The notes under the pieces were generated by a model. It saw only the letters and a program-made list of their open reading frames with translations, did no database searches and was not told the DNA's origin. DNA of 62,948 bases, filler included, from Octopus bimaculoides (taxonomy: Eukaryota), in assembly GCF_001194135.2 (NCBI RefSeq). It is 10 parts of 10 records of this genome, joined end to end, with 100 filler letters (N's around TTAATTAATTAA, not from the genome) between each part and the next. Parts side by side here need not be neighbours in the genome. Positions count along the whole stretch, not along the records: positions 22,339 to 27,158 come from NC_068981.1; positions 27,259 to 34,828 come from NW_026358254.1; positions 34,929 to 48,534 come from NC_068987.1; 7 more parts are not named here. One strand, written 5' to 3'. Below are positions 26,250 to 39,583 of this stretch, piece by piece. How positions within the stretch are numbered: position 1 is the first letter of the stretch; each line of letters begins with the position of its first letter. Made by a program: the position numbers and the translations under genes.

Positions 26250-27158
26250 TAAAAGTATTCCTAGGAACGTCTCGTCCTTTACTTTTAGTGGGGGATTGGA
26301 ATGCTACCATGGACACGCATCTAGACTACATGGGCAGAGATAGGAATAGACGGGGATGTAAAGGCCTCAGAGACCTGCTCAGACGCTTTCAACTGGCTGA
26401 CAGGTACCGACTCGACCACCCGAATGCGCTAACGTGGACATGGAACAACCGCATCGGGTCTTCGAGATCGTATCTAGATAGAATATTGTGTAGGAGAGTA
26501 GATAGAGATAGCGTAGGGTGTCCACAATTCCACATCGTCAGCTACATGGACCACAAACTTGTGACGTGTACACTAGACTTAGATAAGACACATAGGCAGG
26601 GTCCAGGCTACTGGAAACTAAACGCGTCTTTCCCGTCGAGACAGGTTTTTGAGAGACCGGATTAGCACGTTAGTAAATAGTGGTTCGGCCTCAAGAGAGC
26701 AATAAAATCAGAAGCGATTAGATATAGCAAAGCACTAGTCATAGATAGAAACAGAGTAGAGGGTGACCTAGTTAAGAAGCTAGAAGAAGCGATTAGAAGT
26801 GACATCGCATCCGACGTTTTGGAGGCGAGGTTGGCTCTCGACCAACACTTCATCGCCAGACACGAAGGGTGTTTTGTCAGGGCTAGGATGCGTGCTCTAA
26901 GGAACGAAGGTGCTGGAGCCGCGCGAGAGGCCCGGGTGGCGGAGGCACCAAAGGGCAACAAATCTCTGGTAGACGAACAAAGTAGATCAACAAGGGCGCG
27001 AATTACTCGAGCCAATTAAAATGTGTGAGGCCTTTCAGCAGCATTTTGCCCGACTGTTCGGGACAAGTGGCAAGCGAGAACGCAGGGTGGACTTCAGTGC
27101 CTACCTGCACAGCCTGCCACGACTGTCGACAAAAGAGGTAAGGTGCTGCGAAGGTGCC
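26250..27158 (+). mobile_element. L1/Tx1-clade LINE ORF2 fragment (APE endonuclease end and linker)
   Basis: LLLVGDWNA...TWTWNNRIGSSRSYLDRILC...DHKLV...GPGYWKLNAS, with frameshifts. Cut by the scaffold join. Confidence 0.88.
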
Positions 27159-27834
27159 NNNNNNNNNNNNNNNNNNNNNNNNNNNNNNNNNNNNNNNNNN
27201 NNTTAATTAATTAANNNNNNNNNNNNNNNNNNNNNNNNNNNNNNNNNNNNNNNNNNNNTATATATAAGAGAAGTGAAGAGGAGATTGTAAGACTGGTGCA
27301 AAACCTACGTATCTCTCAACCAGAATAATCTTCTGCTTTCAACTGGAATAAACTTCAACACATTTTTTTTTCCCATTACACATGATACCACTTCACTAAC
27401 AGATAAGAGCACCGAACTGTGTTGTAAACGGTTCTGTCTCAAACGAAATTTCAATCATCAGATGAAAAGCAGACGTTCATCTATCGTTTAATTTAACAGT
27501 TGAAGGAAACGTCTAGCTATGATTTGAAATGTTTGCTGAAACTAACAGCTAAATATCTTTACAAATCAAATACTATTGAGTTATTCACATGGAAGTTAGA
27601 CCAAAATACGTAGTATGTTCTCCAGGTGATTTACCATTAAAGGGGAGATAATCTCTCCTAGAGTAAACTAAGTTGAAAAATTTACGTCGAAGAGTAAAAA
27701 GCTAATTGTTTAAGGTACCTATGTAGTCGTGAGCAAATATAGGCACTCCCCTCTGCCTTCTAATCTTTTAATATACCGGAGAGAGGGGAGAGATAGGAAA
27801 AGAGGGGAGAAAGAGGAAAAGAGGAGGAGATAGA

Positions 27835-27995
27835 GATAGCCGCCCCAGCGCCCTATTGTTATCCATTTACAGCTGTGTAGGCTAAAACAACATGAAATGA
27901 ACTGCCGTCCTCAAACACATTGCACAACCCGATCCAGGAATCGAACCCACGACCTAATGATAACGAACCGAACCACTAAGCCACACGCCTTCACA
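27835..27995 (-). mobile_element. tRNA-derived SINE head
   Basis: Minus strand gtgaaggcgtgtggcttagtgg (box A) and gggttcgattcc (box B). Confidence 0.7.
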
Positions 27996-28079
27996 CTTGG
28001 ACATTACAAGAAATAAGTAACAGAACTGTCAATTTAGAAACGTACAATATTGATTTGCCAGCTTCTCCTGGTTAATTCG

Positions 28080-28489
28080 TGCTTGAGTTTCTACTTGGTG
28101 TTTCTTCAGTAGGGTGCCCATCATCTAGATTTCCGTGGTGTAGGACACCATGACGGTGACGTTGCCTCTGTATAATGACACGGCCTTTCCACATCCCATT
28201 TCGGGGTTATACCTTTCAATACCTCTAAATATGACAGCAACGGCTCAATATCCAAGCTGTACAGGCGTAAAGAGACGAAACACCATTAACAGACAGATCG
28301 GAAAATCCGACTAGATTTCGATAGGTAGCCAGTTTTTCTAACCAATGAGCAGATGCCACTTTCTGCTGATGAAACCCATGCTTCAGTACAACACCGAAAT
28401 GGGATGCATTGAGCACTGCTGTTGAAGGCTTTGGATTGACCTCAGGGGAACAGAGCCCCACTAAGACCAGACTTAATCCTACCTTCTCT
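28080..28489 (-). mobile_element. L1/Tx1-clade RT remnant
   Basis: Frameshifted QSKAFN (QSKAFD-like), LYSLDIEPLLSYLE (LEPLL motif) and a decayed YADDVTV-like segment. Confidence 0.65.
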
Positions 28490-29074
28490 ANNNNNNNNNN
28501 NNNNNNNNNNNNNNNNNNNNNNNNNNNNNNNNNNNNNNNNNNNNNNNNNNNNNNNNNNNNNNNNNNNNNNNNNNNNNNNNNNNNNNNNNNNNNNNNNNNN
28601 NNNNNNNNNNNNNNNNNNNNNNNNNNNNNNNNNNNNNNNNNNNNNNNNNNNNNNNNNNNNNNNNNNNNNNNNNNNNNNNNNNNNNNNNNNNNNNNNNNNN
28701 NNNNNNNNNNNNNNNNNNNNNNNNNNNNNNNNNNNNNNNNNNNNNNNNNNNNNNNNNNNNNNNNNNNNNNNNNNNNNNNNNNNNNNNNNNNNNNNNNNNN
28801 NNNNNNNNNNNNNNNNNNNNNNNNNNNNNNNNNNNNNNNNNNNNNNNNNNNNNNNNNNNNNNNNNNNNNNNNNNNNNNNNNNNNNNNNNNNNNNNNNNNN
28901 NNNNNNNNNNNNNNNNNNNNNNNNNNNNNNNNNNNNNNNNNNNNNNNNNNNNNNNNNNNNNNNNNNNNNNNNNNNNNNNNNNNNNNNNNNNNNNNNNNNN
29001 NNNNNNNNNNNNNNNNNNACTACGTCTTCCAACATATTTTTACTCTTTTTTTAAAGATATTTATGAGAAATATC

Positions 29075-29492
29075 TTTTATCTTTTACTTCTTTCAGTACT
29101 TAGACTGCGGCCACACTGGGGTGGCTTCTTGAAGAATTTTAGTCGAATGAATCGAGACCAGTACTTATTTTTTTAAGCCTGGTATTTATTTTATCGGTTT
29201 TTCTGCAGAACCTCTACGTCACAGGGACATAAACGCACCAACTCCAGTTGTGAACGCGCACACACACACACACACACACACAGACACACACAGACACACA
29301 CACGCGCGCGCGCATACATATGTGTATATACGACAGGCTTCCTTCAGTTTCCGTCCACCAAATCCTTCCATAAGGCTTTGGTCGGCCAGAGCTAGAGTAA
29401 AAAGCACTTTCCCAAAGTACCACGTAGGAGGACTGAACCCGGAACCATTTGGTTAGGAAGCAAACTTCTTACCGCACAGTCACTCCTGCACC
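29075..29492 (-). mobile_element. SINE family B
   Basis: Reverse-complement match to 18691-19100, including the internal microsatellite. Confidence 0.8.
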
Positions 29493-30725
29493 TTTATGAG
29501 GAAGTTTTTACTACATTTTCTAGCAGGTCAAACAACCACGTTGTTGCTTAATCGTTGGTTCTTCGGTCTTAAAGCCGTTCCTATCTTCTTTTCATCTTAA
29601 TCAATTATAAAGAGAAGCATAGAAGAAATGTCCTACGTGAATTATTAGTTTCCTTTGTAACCAATGGTGATATTTCCACTCAAAACATGACGTACATTGT
29701 CGACGATTCTGAGAAATTGCTTTCATAATTGTAATATTAGGGAAATAGATTTTCACTGAAGTTCTTTTCTTACCAGAAGTGATGTAAATTGTCCCCAAGA
29801 CAACAATAAATATTAACTGTAAGATAATTGAAGAGAAAAGATATTTTACCAACATCATTCCAAATGCCTTATTTTGGTAAATAGAATACTTTGACTGCAT
29901 TTAACAAACATCTTTGATTCTAACCTTTCTCGTCTATTGGCTTTAATTATCTTTCTGATGTCTTTGTTAGCCTTGTTTTCAATTTATTTGGTACATTTAT
30001 CATCGTTCATGCCCCGTTCCCAACTTTTTCCCTTTCACCTAAGTTTGTCATTTCTCATCTGCAACCCAAACTATTAGATTCAAAATACGTTTGCTTGTGT
30101 CTCTTATTTTTTTTTTTATCATTTCTTAGGAGAATTTCTCTTTATCATAAATAATAACCTTCGGCGTGTTTTTCTGCCTTATTAAGCAGAAGGTCGATAA
30201 AATCTCATTTCTGCACAAATGCTATAGGTAGGAAAGTAACGGAGTAAAACCATTTCCACCATAAACATTTTCATCTGCTTTATCTTGTTTAGAAAAGATG
30301 ACGATTTGGCAAACAGGCAAAAGATGCATGCATGCATACATACATACATACATACATACATACATACATACATACATACATACATCGTTCGTACAAACGC
30401 AGACATTCACTCTTACACATAAGACTATATGAAGATAGATAGGAAGGTTGGTAAATAGATAGGTAGACAGGGAGACATGCAGACAGGCAGGCAGGCATAC
30501 AGGTATACAGACAGACAGACAGGCAGTCGATCAGGCAGACGAATTGGTTGATTGCTGGAAGAGTGAATGGATAGATAGATAGATAGATAGATTAATGAAG
30601 GAACGGATGGTAGATTGATAGACGGATTAATAGTTCAACGTTGAAGTGTGTAGATAAATACAGGGAGATTATGAAGCACGTCTATTCAAATAACAACATA
30701 AAAGCGCTTGAATGTAGATATTTAA

Positions 30726-30794
<69 letters not shown>

Positions 30795-31258
30795 TGCATA
30801 TATGCATATATATGTATGTATATTTGTATATTTATATATGCACACGTCTTTTCAACGAAAGGGTAAATGAGTAAAGCAATTTCGTTTCCTTTTACAATCC
30901 AAAGGTGACAGATGGCATACAGAATGCCTATCTATAAACATTCGACTAAACCAATGTAGCAGTATTACTTTCGAATTCTGTTTGAAAAAGGTAAGAAGAG
31001 GAAACGGGATTTGAATAGTTAAAATGAAAGTAAACTTCAGTACATAGCATTTCCGATGTTGGAAATGAGACAAGTATCCCAATCATACTCTCATTCCATT
31101 CTTTAATTTAAACTAAGTTGGCTGTCACGAGACTATAGTCAGGCCACCACCTCGTTTCCGGTTTTGGATAGATAGTGAGAGAGAAGGAGAGAGAGAGACA
31201 AAGAGACAGGGAGACGGATAAATAGATGATAGATAGATACATACATACATACAAAACG

Positions 31259-31641
31259 TTGTTGGCACTCCGTCGCTTACGACGTCGAGGGTTCCAGTTG
31301 ATCCGATCAACGGAACAGCCTGCTCGTGAAATTAACGTGCAAGTGGCTGAGCACTCCACAGGCACGTGTACCCTTAACGTAGTTCTCGGGGATATTCAGC
31401 GTGACACAGTGTGACAAGGCTGACCCTTTGAATTACAGGCACAACAGAAACATGAAGTAAGAGTGAGAGAAAGTTGTGGTGAAAGAGTACAGCAGGGTTC
31501 GCCACCATCCCCTGCCGGAGCCTCGTAGAGCTTTAGGTGTTTTCGCTCAATAAACACTCACAACGCCCGATCTGGGAATCGAAACTGCGATCCTATGACC
31601 GTGAGTCCGCTGCCCTAACCATTGGGCCATTGCGCCTCCAC
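31259..31641 (-). mobile_element. tRNA-derived SINE family C
   Basis: High identity to 25711-26093. Confidence 0.9.
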
Positions 31642-31719
31642 ATACATACATACATACATACATACATACATACATACATACATACATACATACATACATA
31701 CATACATACATACAAAACG

Positions 31720-31965
31720 TAAAGCTGGTAGAAATACAGTTAAGCGTTTTGTCCGGCGAGCTACAACAGGCCTGAAATTTGTGGAACGGTCGATTACATT
31801 GACTCCAGTACTTCAATCCAACTTTATTTTATTGACCTTGTAAAGATGCAAAATAATGTTGACCACAGCAGCATTTGAGCTCAGAAGATAAAAAGTTGAA
31901 ACAAATACTGCAAAACAATTCTTTACGACAATCGAATGATTCCGTCAACCCACCGACTTTGATTA
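31720..31965 (-). mobile_element. SINE family A (diverged)
   Basis: Diverged core gatgcaaaataatgttgacc..atttgagctcagaa. Confidence 0.6.
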
Positions 31966-32989
31966 ACATATAATAATGAGAATCATGTCATAAGAATTTA
32001 TAAACTTTGGACAACGTGAAATAGTTTGATTTTTTTTTTTTTTTCGATTTTTGTTTTTTTTTAATGGTGTATCTCGAAGCACATTGAGCTATATAAACTA
32101 TAGCGTGTAAATATTGGATTAAAAAACTTTGGATAGAAAAAGTCGAACGTCGCCCATGAAACACGAACCCACTCGAGCAGCTTTCGAATTTTTCTATCCT
32201 TAAGGGGGTTTTACACCAAAATTTACATACTATAATTTATAGCTTTATCTGCTTCGAGTTTCACCGTCACTCCCAAAAAAAGTATAATAATGCGGATTCA
32301 AATTTTCATGAGAGAGCGCTCTTCAGTCAATTCAAATACGTGCAAGCATGTTTGTGTGTGCGAGCGTTTGCGTGTGTATTTGCATTCGTGTGTGGGGGTT
32401 TGTGCGTGTATGTCTATCTACATATGTACATACATTAAGAAACAATGTAGACTATGTTACCATCCTTGAGGCCAATCTGTATTTTCCTTACATTTCTTTG
32501 AAATATTAAAATTGCCAGATCATGGATTTATTCTTCTGCTTTTTTCAGTAAGTATGCTTTCGGGGTTTTTTTAACTAAAAAGCAAGAAAACATACAATCA
32601 TACATGGGATTATACTTATTTCTTTAAATGTTAGGATTTTGTTGTCTCGTTTCTTTTTCTTTTCGTTTTATATGTTTATCTCTCCGGCAGGTAAAATTTA
32701 GCAAAGATAAGACTACGCTGTCTGTCTTTATCTAAAATTAAACGATGTCGTCTGACAGCCGTTAACTTATTCCATTAAATCGGACGACGCGTCGATATTG
32801 AGAAAAACAAGACAAAGCAACAATGTCAGTGAGAATGTACTCGCCAGTCAACACTTACTAGTCAGACAATCTTAAAACAATTCGTCAAATATGAAACAGA
32901 GGGGGAAAATACTGTACAAGTTAAGCATACAGTCCTTACCCAGAACGTCAAACATCAGGAATGTTTCCCCTTTTTACTTTTATTTTTTG

Positions 32990-33204
32990 TTTTTCTTTTA
33001 CTTGTTTCAGTCATTAAATTGCGACCATGCTGAGGCACCGCCTTGAAGAATCTGTTTTTAGTGGAATAAAACTACACCAGTAATTATTTTTAAGTCCGCT
33101 TCTCGTTCTATCGGTCTCTTTGCCCAACCACTAGATAACGGGGACGTAAACACACCAACACCAGTTTTCAAGCGGTGGGTGGGGGACAAACACATACGCA
33201 CACA

Positions 33205-33271
<67 letters not shown>

Positions 33272-33415
33272 CGGGCTTCTTTCAGTTTCCGTCTATTAAA
33301 TCCATTCACAAGGCTTTGGTCGGCCCGAAGCTATAGTAGAAAACACTTGCTCAAGGTACCACGCAGTGGGACTGAAACCGGGACCATGTGATTAGGAAGC
33401 AAACTTCTGACTGAC
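32990..33415 (-). mobile_element. SINE family B abutting the CR1-like fragment
   Basis: Reverse-complement match to 18691-19100. Confidence 0.8.
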
Positions 33416-34720
33416 TTGCTGACTGACACTCAGCATGGATTTCGACCAGGGAGAAGCTGCCTAACACAGCTCTTGCAACAGTACGACTGGATGTTAAAAC
33501 AGCTGTTAAATTACTCAAATGTGGATATGATATACCTCGACTTTGCAAAAGCCTTTGACAAAATCGACCATAGTATGATATGTCACAAACTGCGAGATCT
33601 CAGCATAGTCAGAAAACTTGGAGAGTGGCTGCACGACTTTCTAAAAGATAGACGTCAGGCAGTGGTAATCAATGGAGCCACCTCCAAGGAAACAAAAATA
33701 TCAAGTGGTGTTCCACAGGGTACTGTCTTAGGGCCACTGCTATTTATAGTGGCCCTCTCAGACATGCACTCAACTGATAGCTATGCAGATGATACAAAAG
33801 TCTCTCAGACAATACAAAATCCTGGAAATATTGCATATCTGCAACGGGAGTTGGACGCAATATACAGGTGGGCTGAGGACAACATGTAGTTTAATGCAGG
33901 AAAATTCCAAGCCCTGCGCTACCAGTACACAAAGCTGAACATTATGCAGATAGGATACACTGGTCCGGGAGGAATTACAATCCCTGAATCAAAATCAGTG
34001 CGTGACCTGGGCATTGACATGAGTAGTGATGCATCTTTCCAAGTGCGTATTACCAATTTGGTAAAAAAATGCAGACGGCTAGCTGGATGGATCCTCCTAT
34101 GAACTTTCAAACCAAGAGAAAGTGAGACAATGATGGTCCTTTTACAGGGCATACGTCCTCAGCCGCTTGGACTACTGCTCCCAACTATGGTCATCACACA
34201 ATATAAAATTAACGGCGAAACTCGAAGCAATCCAACGAAGCAACACAAGAAAATCGTCTCAATGCGACGCATCACCTACTAGGAAAAACTGAAAGAATTA
34301 AAACTCTTCTCCCTAGAACGAAGGCGGGAAAGATATGCAGTGATATACATCTGGAAAATCCTGGGAGGCCTTGTACCAAACTTTGGCATTGAAAGTTACA
34401 AGCAGCAATACGGGGTACCACTGCATAGTGCCAAATATCCCTGCATCTCCAAGATACAGGACCAGATACTGCAACATCTTGAGTTTCAAGGACCCACAGC
34501 TCATCAATATCCTTTCAAAATGCCTGAGGGACCTGCATGGTGTATATGTAAGTGTCTTCAAAACAAAACTGGATCTCCTCCTATCAAGAGTTCCAGATAA
34601 GCCTACCTCACGGCAGGAAACACAGATGAGGGTAGCGGCATCAAACTCCCCCATTCACCAAATGCCACAGAGGTTTCAGATACTGGTGTAACACAGTCTA
34701 CGGTGGTGCCTCAACTTGAC
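33416..34720 (+). mobile_element. CR1/L2-group LINE RT 3' fragment
   Basis: QHGFRPGRSCLTQLL, YLDFAKAFDKIDH, SGVPQGTVLGPLLF, YADDTK, then VRDLGI and ERRRERY. Stops and an internal deletion. Confidence 0.9.
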
Positions 34721-34796
34721 CGCAGCTTTGAAACTGAAACAACTTAAAGATTAAGGCTTTAATGATATATATATGTATGTATATACACACACACAA

Positions 34797-34828
<32 letters not shown>

Positions 34829-34997
34829 NNNNNNNNNNNNNNNNNNNNNNNNNNNNNNNNNNNNNNNNNNNNTTAATTAATTAANNNNNNNNNNNNNNNN
34901 NNNNNNNNNNNNNNNNNNNNNNNNNNNNATATATATATATATATATACACACACATTTAATATAAAAGATATAAAGCAAAATAAAATATAAAGATAC

Positions 34998-35097
34998 CTT
35001 GCTGAAGTTCATATTTTCCTTTTCATAATCAGGTGTAACAGGAGACAAGAATTTCGGACAGGCTCTACTGAAGCACTGCTCAAAATCATTTATACTT
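34998..35097 (-). CDS. EIF3L: eIF3L internal exon (last visible)
   Basis: 100-nt exon, ttgcag/gtatct, encoding SINDFEQCFSRACPKFLSPVTPDYEKENMNFSK (eIF3L CPKFLSPV motif). No stop codon, so the gene continues. Confidence 0.94.
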
Positions 35098-35334
35098 CTG
35101 CAAATAAAAAGTAAAACAAACTTAGGATTAATAAAGCAGATTCAAGTAAGCATGGAGATACAAAATATTTCCCTTTCAGCAACAACAATCCTATTTAAAC
35201 ATTAGAAACACTATAGCCCCTACCCCTTGGATCACTTCCTCTTTGTCCTATAATCATCATCATTGCTGGCAAAGACATTAGTGGTGATCTTTGGTTTTAG
35301 GAACATGTATCGGCAAGATCAATATTGAAACTAA

Positions 35335-36360
35335 AGCAATTCAGGAAAATACAAATATAGCACAGGTACAATAAACACTAAAAATGTACAGAAAATAGAC
35401 CCCATCAAATGCCAGTGGGGAAAGCTAGAAGTAGTTGATAGCCTCCATTATCTAGGTGACTAAGTCAGAAGCAGAAGCGAATGCTCAGAGTGTAGCTGTT
35501 AGAATAATAGGCTGGGCAAAGTTCAGAGAGCTTCTACTTCTGTGGGTAACTAAGGGCCTCTCCTTCAAAGTGAAAGCCAGATTGTATGATGCCTGTGTGC
35601 AAACAGCCATGCTACATGGGCCGTGACCACCAAGGACATGCAAAGACTCGAAAGAAATAAAGCTGGTATGTTTCAATGGATATGCAATGTCAGTGTGCAT
35701 GTAGGAGAGCATGTAAGCGTCTTGAGAGAAAAGTTGGACATAAGAGGTAAGAGATTCAGTGTGCAAGAGAGACGACTGTGTTGGTATGGTCACATGATGC
35801 ATATGGACGAAGACAGTTGTGTAAAGAAGCGCTAATCTGTAACTGTGGAGGGAACCTGTGGAAGGGGTAGACCCAGGAAGACACGAGACAAGGTGGTGAA
35901 ACATGATCTTTGAACATCAAGCCTCATGGAGGAAATGACTATTGACCGAAACCTTTGGCAATATGCTGTGCTGGAGAAAATCTGTGAAACCAAGTGAAAT
36001 CATAGTTAAGGCTGATGCCAAGGTCATGTAATTGGCACATAAAAAGCACCCTTCAAACATTGGGCCTCACAAAGTCAATAAGTGATCGAGACCTTTGGCG
36101 ATATGCTGTGCTTGAGAAAACCCGTTAAGCCAAGTGAAATTGTATACAGGGCCAATGCTGGTGTCATGTAACTGGCACGTAAAAGGTACCACTACACTCC
36201 ACTCTTGGTGTGATTTGTATTAGGAAAGGCATCCAGCCATAGAAAACAAGCTGAATCAGATTGGAATCTGGTGTAGCCTTCCATCTTACCAGCTTCGGTC
36301 AAACCGCCCAACCTATGCCAGCATGAAAAGCAGATGCTAAATGATGAAGATAATGATGAG
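35335..36360 (+). mobile_element. RTE-clade LINE 3' fragment in eIF3L intron (antisense)
   Basis: LEVVDSLHYLGD, MQRLERN, ERRLCWYGHMMHMDEDSCVK and a GRGRPRKT-like segment, followed by a 3' UTR ending in a (GAT)n-like tail. Confidence 0.85.
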
Positions 36361-36552
36361 AATTGCCTAATTGAGTGCAATAATTCTGTCATTATCTAAA
36401 CTGTCTGGGACATCATAGAACCAGGGTTGGGCTCAGGCAGCCAGTTGGTATCAAAAGAATTAAATTTCATTTCTTTTTTCCTCAGCAACATTTAGAATTC
36501 AGTGCTAACAGACTAAAAGAAAAGGGATCAAATATGAAAAGAACTGACTCAC

Positions 36553-36686
36553 CCCATTTGCATTTTTAACATACTGTCTCCACATTTTTCCCGTAACCTG
36601 AAATGAACACTTTCATCAATACGCATCGGATGAAGAACCAAGCAGATGGCCAACAACATGTACATTTTATCATTCATTTTGTTGAT
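36553..36686 (-). CDS. EIF3L: eIF3L internal exon
   Basis: 134-nt exon, ttacag/gtgagt, encoding [44 protein letters not shown](G), matching eIF3L INKQNEQM...PMRIDESIH...LREKYGDKM. Confidence 0.95.
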
Positions 36687-37489
36687 CTGTAAAGTGAAGA
36701 GAAGAGAAGAAAAACAGTGGCAAAAGCAGGTATCTTTCAGGAATATATCATCAAAAGGTTAAAACATGATTAGTTAGCAACAAGTAATTAAAACTCAGTT
36801 ACTGATTTAATGAGGAACAGACCTCTGTATACAGTAGAAAATAGATTACTAAGAGAAATTACGCAGAAACACCACCAGTAGGAAAAAAAAAAAACAATAG
36901 TTAAGTTAGTGCTGATATATTTAATATAGTGATCACTGAAAAAAATGTGTAGTGAGCCTAAGACAATATTAGTCAATGCTCCATACAGTCAAATTATTCT
37001 GACAAGCATAGGGAAACAACTCTGAACATGTTTAGATCCTCTTCAACGTCCTCACAAAAGACTTCACTACTTGTCTAAGCAGTGATTAGAGAAACAGGAT
37101 GTGCAGTAACTGTACATGTAAAAATTAGCATAAAGTGATAGTAATGAAAACAATACATATAATATATAGCTAGATTTTAACAAAGTGACATAAGTAACTG
37201 ATATCTGGTCTGGCCAAACATGTAATATTAATCAAAGCCAGACATTTCAGTACGAGATACCTTTCCTGCAGCTAACCAGGCTAGAGTGATACAATGCGAA
37301 ACATGTAGAGTTAAATGTTTTGACAAGGAGCATGAGATTTGAAGTTACAAATATAAGCTCAGTAGTTTAACACCTCGACCACACAGCTTCTGTGCAATAT
37401 TTAGACTAAAATAATAAGTGTAGTATTAACAGTGACATCATACAACCGAATTATATAAATACATGCTCTGTAGTGTCATAGCTATTCTA

Positions 37490-37645
37490 TCATATTTGAT
37501 TACACTGACCCCAATGCTTGAATGATAATTTATTGAGCCTGAAAGGATGAAGGGCAAAGTTGATCTTAGCAGAATTTGAAAGAATATAAAGACAGATGAA
37601 ATGTCATCAACATTTTGTCTGACTGCTAATGATTCTGCCATCCTG
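37490..37645 (-). mobile_element. SINE family A in eIF3L intron
   Basis: gaaaggatgaagggcaaagttgatcttagcagaatttgaa core with CpG positions read as TG/CA. Confidence 0.75.
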
Positions 37646-37699
37646 AGGCCTTTCTCTCAATTAAAATAATGAATGAAGTATTAACAGTGACATCCATAC

Positions 37700-37870
37700 C
37701 TGGTCATACAGCTGAACCTTATACTGGAACATCTGTTCAGTACGCTGGATATAGAGTAAAATGTTGGAGAATGTACGAATGGCATCTTGGTACCGGCGCA
37801 TCATCATATAGGCAAATCCAACATAATAAAAGGTGGTGATCTGGCATGCTGGCACACAAGAATATTTATT
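37700..37870 (-). CDS. EIF3L: eIF3L internal exon
   Basis: 171-nt phase-0 exon, tttcag/gtatgg, encoding [57 protein letters not shown]. Confidence 0.97.
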
Positions 37871-39519
37871 CTGAAAGTGGGAATATTAGAAATTGTTAGC
37901 TTCATTTAAATTCTCCAGAAAAACGTCAGGCTAAAAGAAATTTTAATCTAGTTAACAGTATATTTCAATTATAAATCTTTGCAAACAATCTAACCCCAAG
38001 TTATAGGGCTGCATACACATTAACCTTTTTGTTACCATATTTCTACTGAAATACACTGCCTTAGTTTCAGTTAATTTTGAAAATAATGAAGAACTTAGTA
38101 ATAAAAAACTTGGCCATTAAGCTGGTGTTTTGAACATAACTTAATTAGTATTTACATTATTCTGTCAAAAGCAATGCTTCTTTATTCATATTATTTTGAA
38201 TTCAACGAAGCATTATCTTGTAGTTTTGAGATTTTGATGAGGTAACTTAATTTTTAGAACGATATTGTAGGGCTGTTGTGAGAAGCCAGATCATATAACC
38301 AATGGGCAGTCTCAAGTGAGCTGGTATCAAAAGGCTCAATGAATAAATTTGTTGATTAGGGATTCAATGTAATAATTAAAGTCAAAATACAACCTGTGTC
38401 CTTGATGTTCCCATGCTGAACTTGTTATTAAGGGCCAAAGACTGATAGTCAAGCACAATGACAAAATACTTCAAAATAATGAGCCAAGAAAACTTGTGTA
38501 TGATTCCCCCAACTTGTTAAAAATAGCAGCCAAATATCTAACTACACCCCACCACTTTGAAAAGAAAGGGACATGTTGGATAATGTAGTCCTGGATAAGC
38601 TATGCTCAAGGGAAAGACAGGATGGTCATGACTGGAAAGCCAACTCTGCTCAGTTAGAGATGACCAGCTACTAAACAACAACAGCTTTACAATACAAATA
38701 AAAAAATTGCAAGTGAGTTATAAACATNNNNNNNNNNNNNNNNNNNNNNNNNNNNNNNNNNNNNNNNNNNNNNNNNNNNNNNNNNNNNNNNNNNNNNNNN
38801 NNNNNNNNNNNNNNNNNNNNNNNNNNNNNNNNNNNNNNNNNNNNNNNNNNNNNNNNNNNNNNNNNNNNNNNNNNNNNNNNNNNNNNNNNNNNNNNNNNNN
38901 NNNNNNNNNNNNNNNNNNNNNNNNNNNNNNNNNNNNNNNNNNNNNNNNNNNNNNNNNNNNNNNNNNNNNNNNNNNNNNNNNNNNNNNNNNNNNNNNNNNN
39001 NNNNNNNNNNNNNNNNNNNNNNNNNNNNNNNNNNNNNNNNNNNNNNNNNNNNNNNNNNNNNNNNNNNNNNNNNNNNNNNNNNNNNNNNNNNNNNNNNNNN
39101 NNNNNNNNNNNNNNNNNNNNNNNNNNNNNNNNNNNNNNNNNNNNNNNNNNNNNNNNNNNNNNNNNNNNNNNNNNNNNNNNNNNNNNNNNNNNNNNNNNNN
39201 NNNNNNNNNNNNNNNNNNNNNNNNNNNNNNNNNNNNNNNNNNNNNNNNNNNNNNNNNNNNNNNNNNNNNNNNNNNNNNNNNNNNNNNNNNNNNNNNNNNN
39301 NNNNNNNNNNNNNNNNNNNNNNNNNNNNNNNNNNNNNNNNNNNNNNNNNNNNNNNNNNNNNNNNNNNNNNNNNNNNNNNNNNNNNNNNNNNNNNNNNNNN
39401 NNNNNNNNNNNNNNNNNNNNNNNNNNNNNNNNNNNNNNNNNNNNNNNNNNNNNNNNNNNNNNNNNNNNNNNNNNNNNNNNNNNNNNNNNNNNNNNNNNNN
39501 NNNNNNNNNNNNNNNNNNN

Positions 39520-39583
<64 letters not shown>

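Noticed and set aside
29601-29900. Hydrophobic minus-strand ORF as another GPCR exon
   Set aside because: No class A GPCR motif, and the composition fits AT-rich non-coding DNA.
35175-35265. C/D-box snoRNA-like motifs in eIF3L introns (also 40049-40141)
   Set aside because: No terminal stem or recognisable guide. The second is on the wrong strand for an intronic snoRNA.
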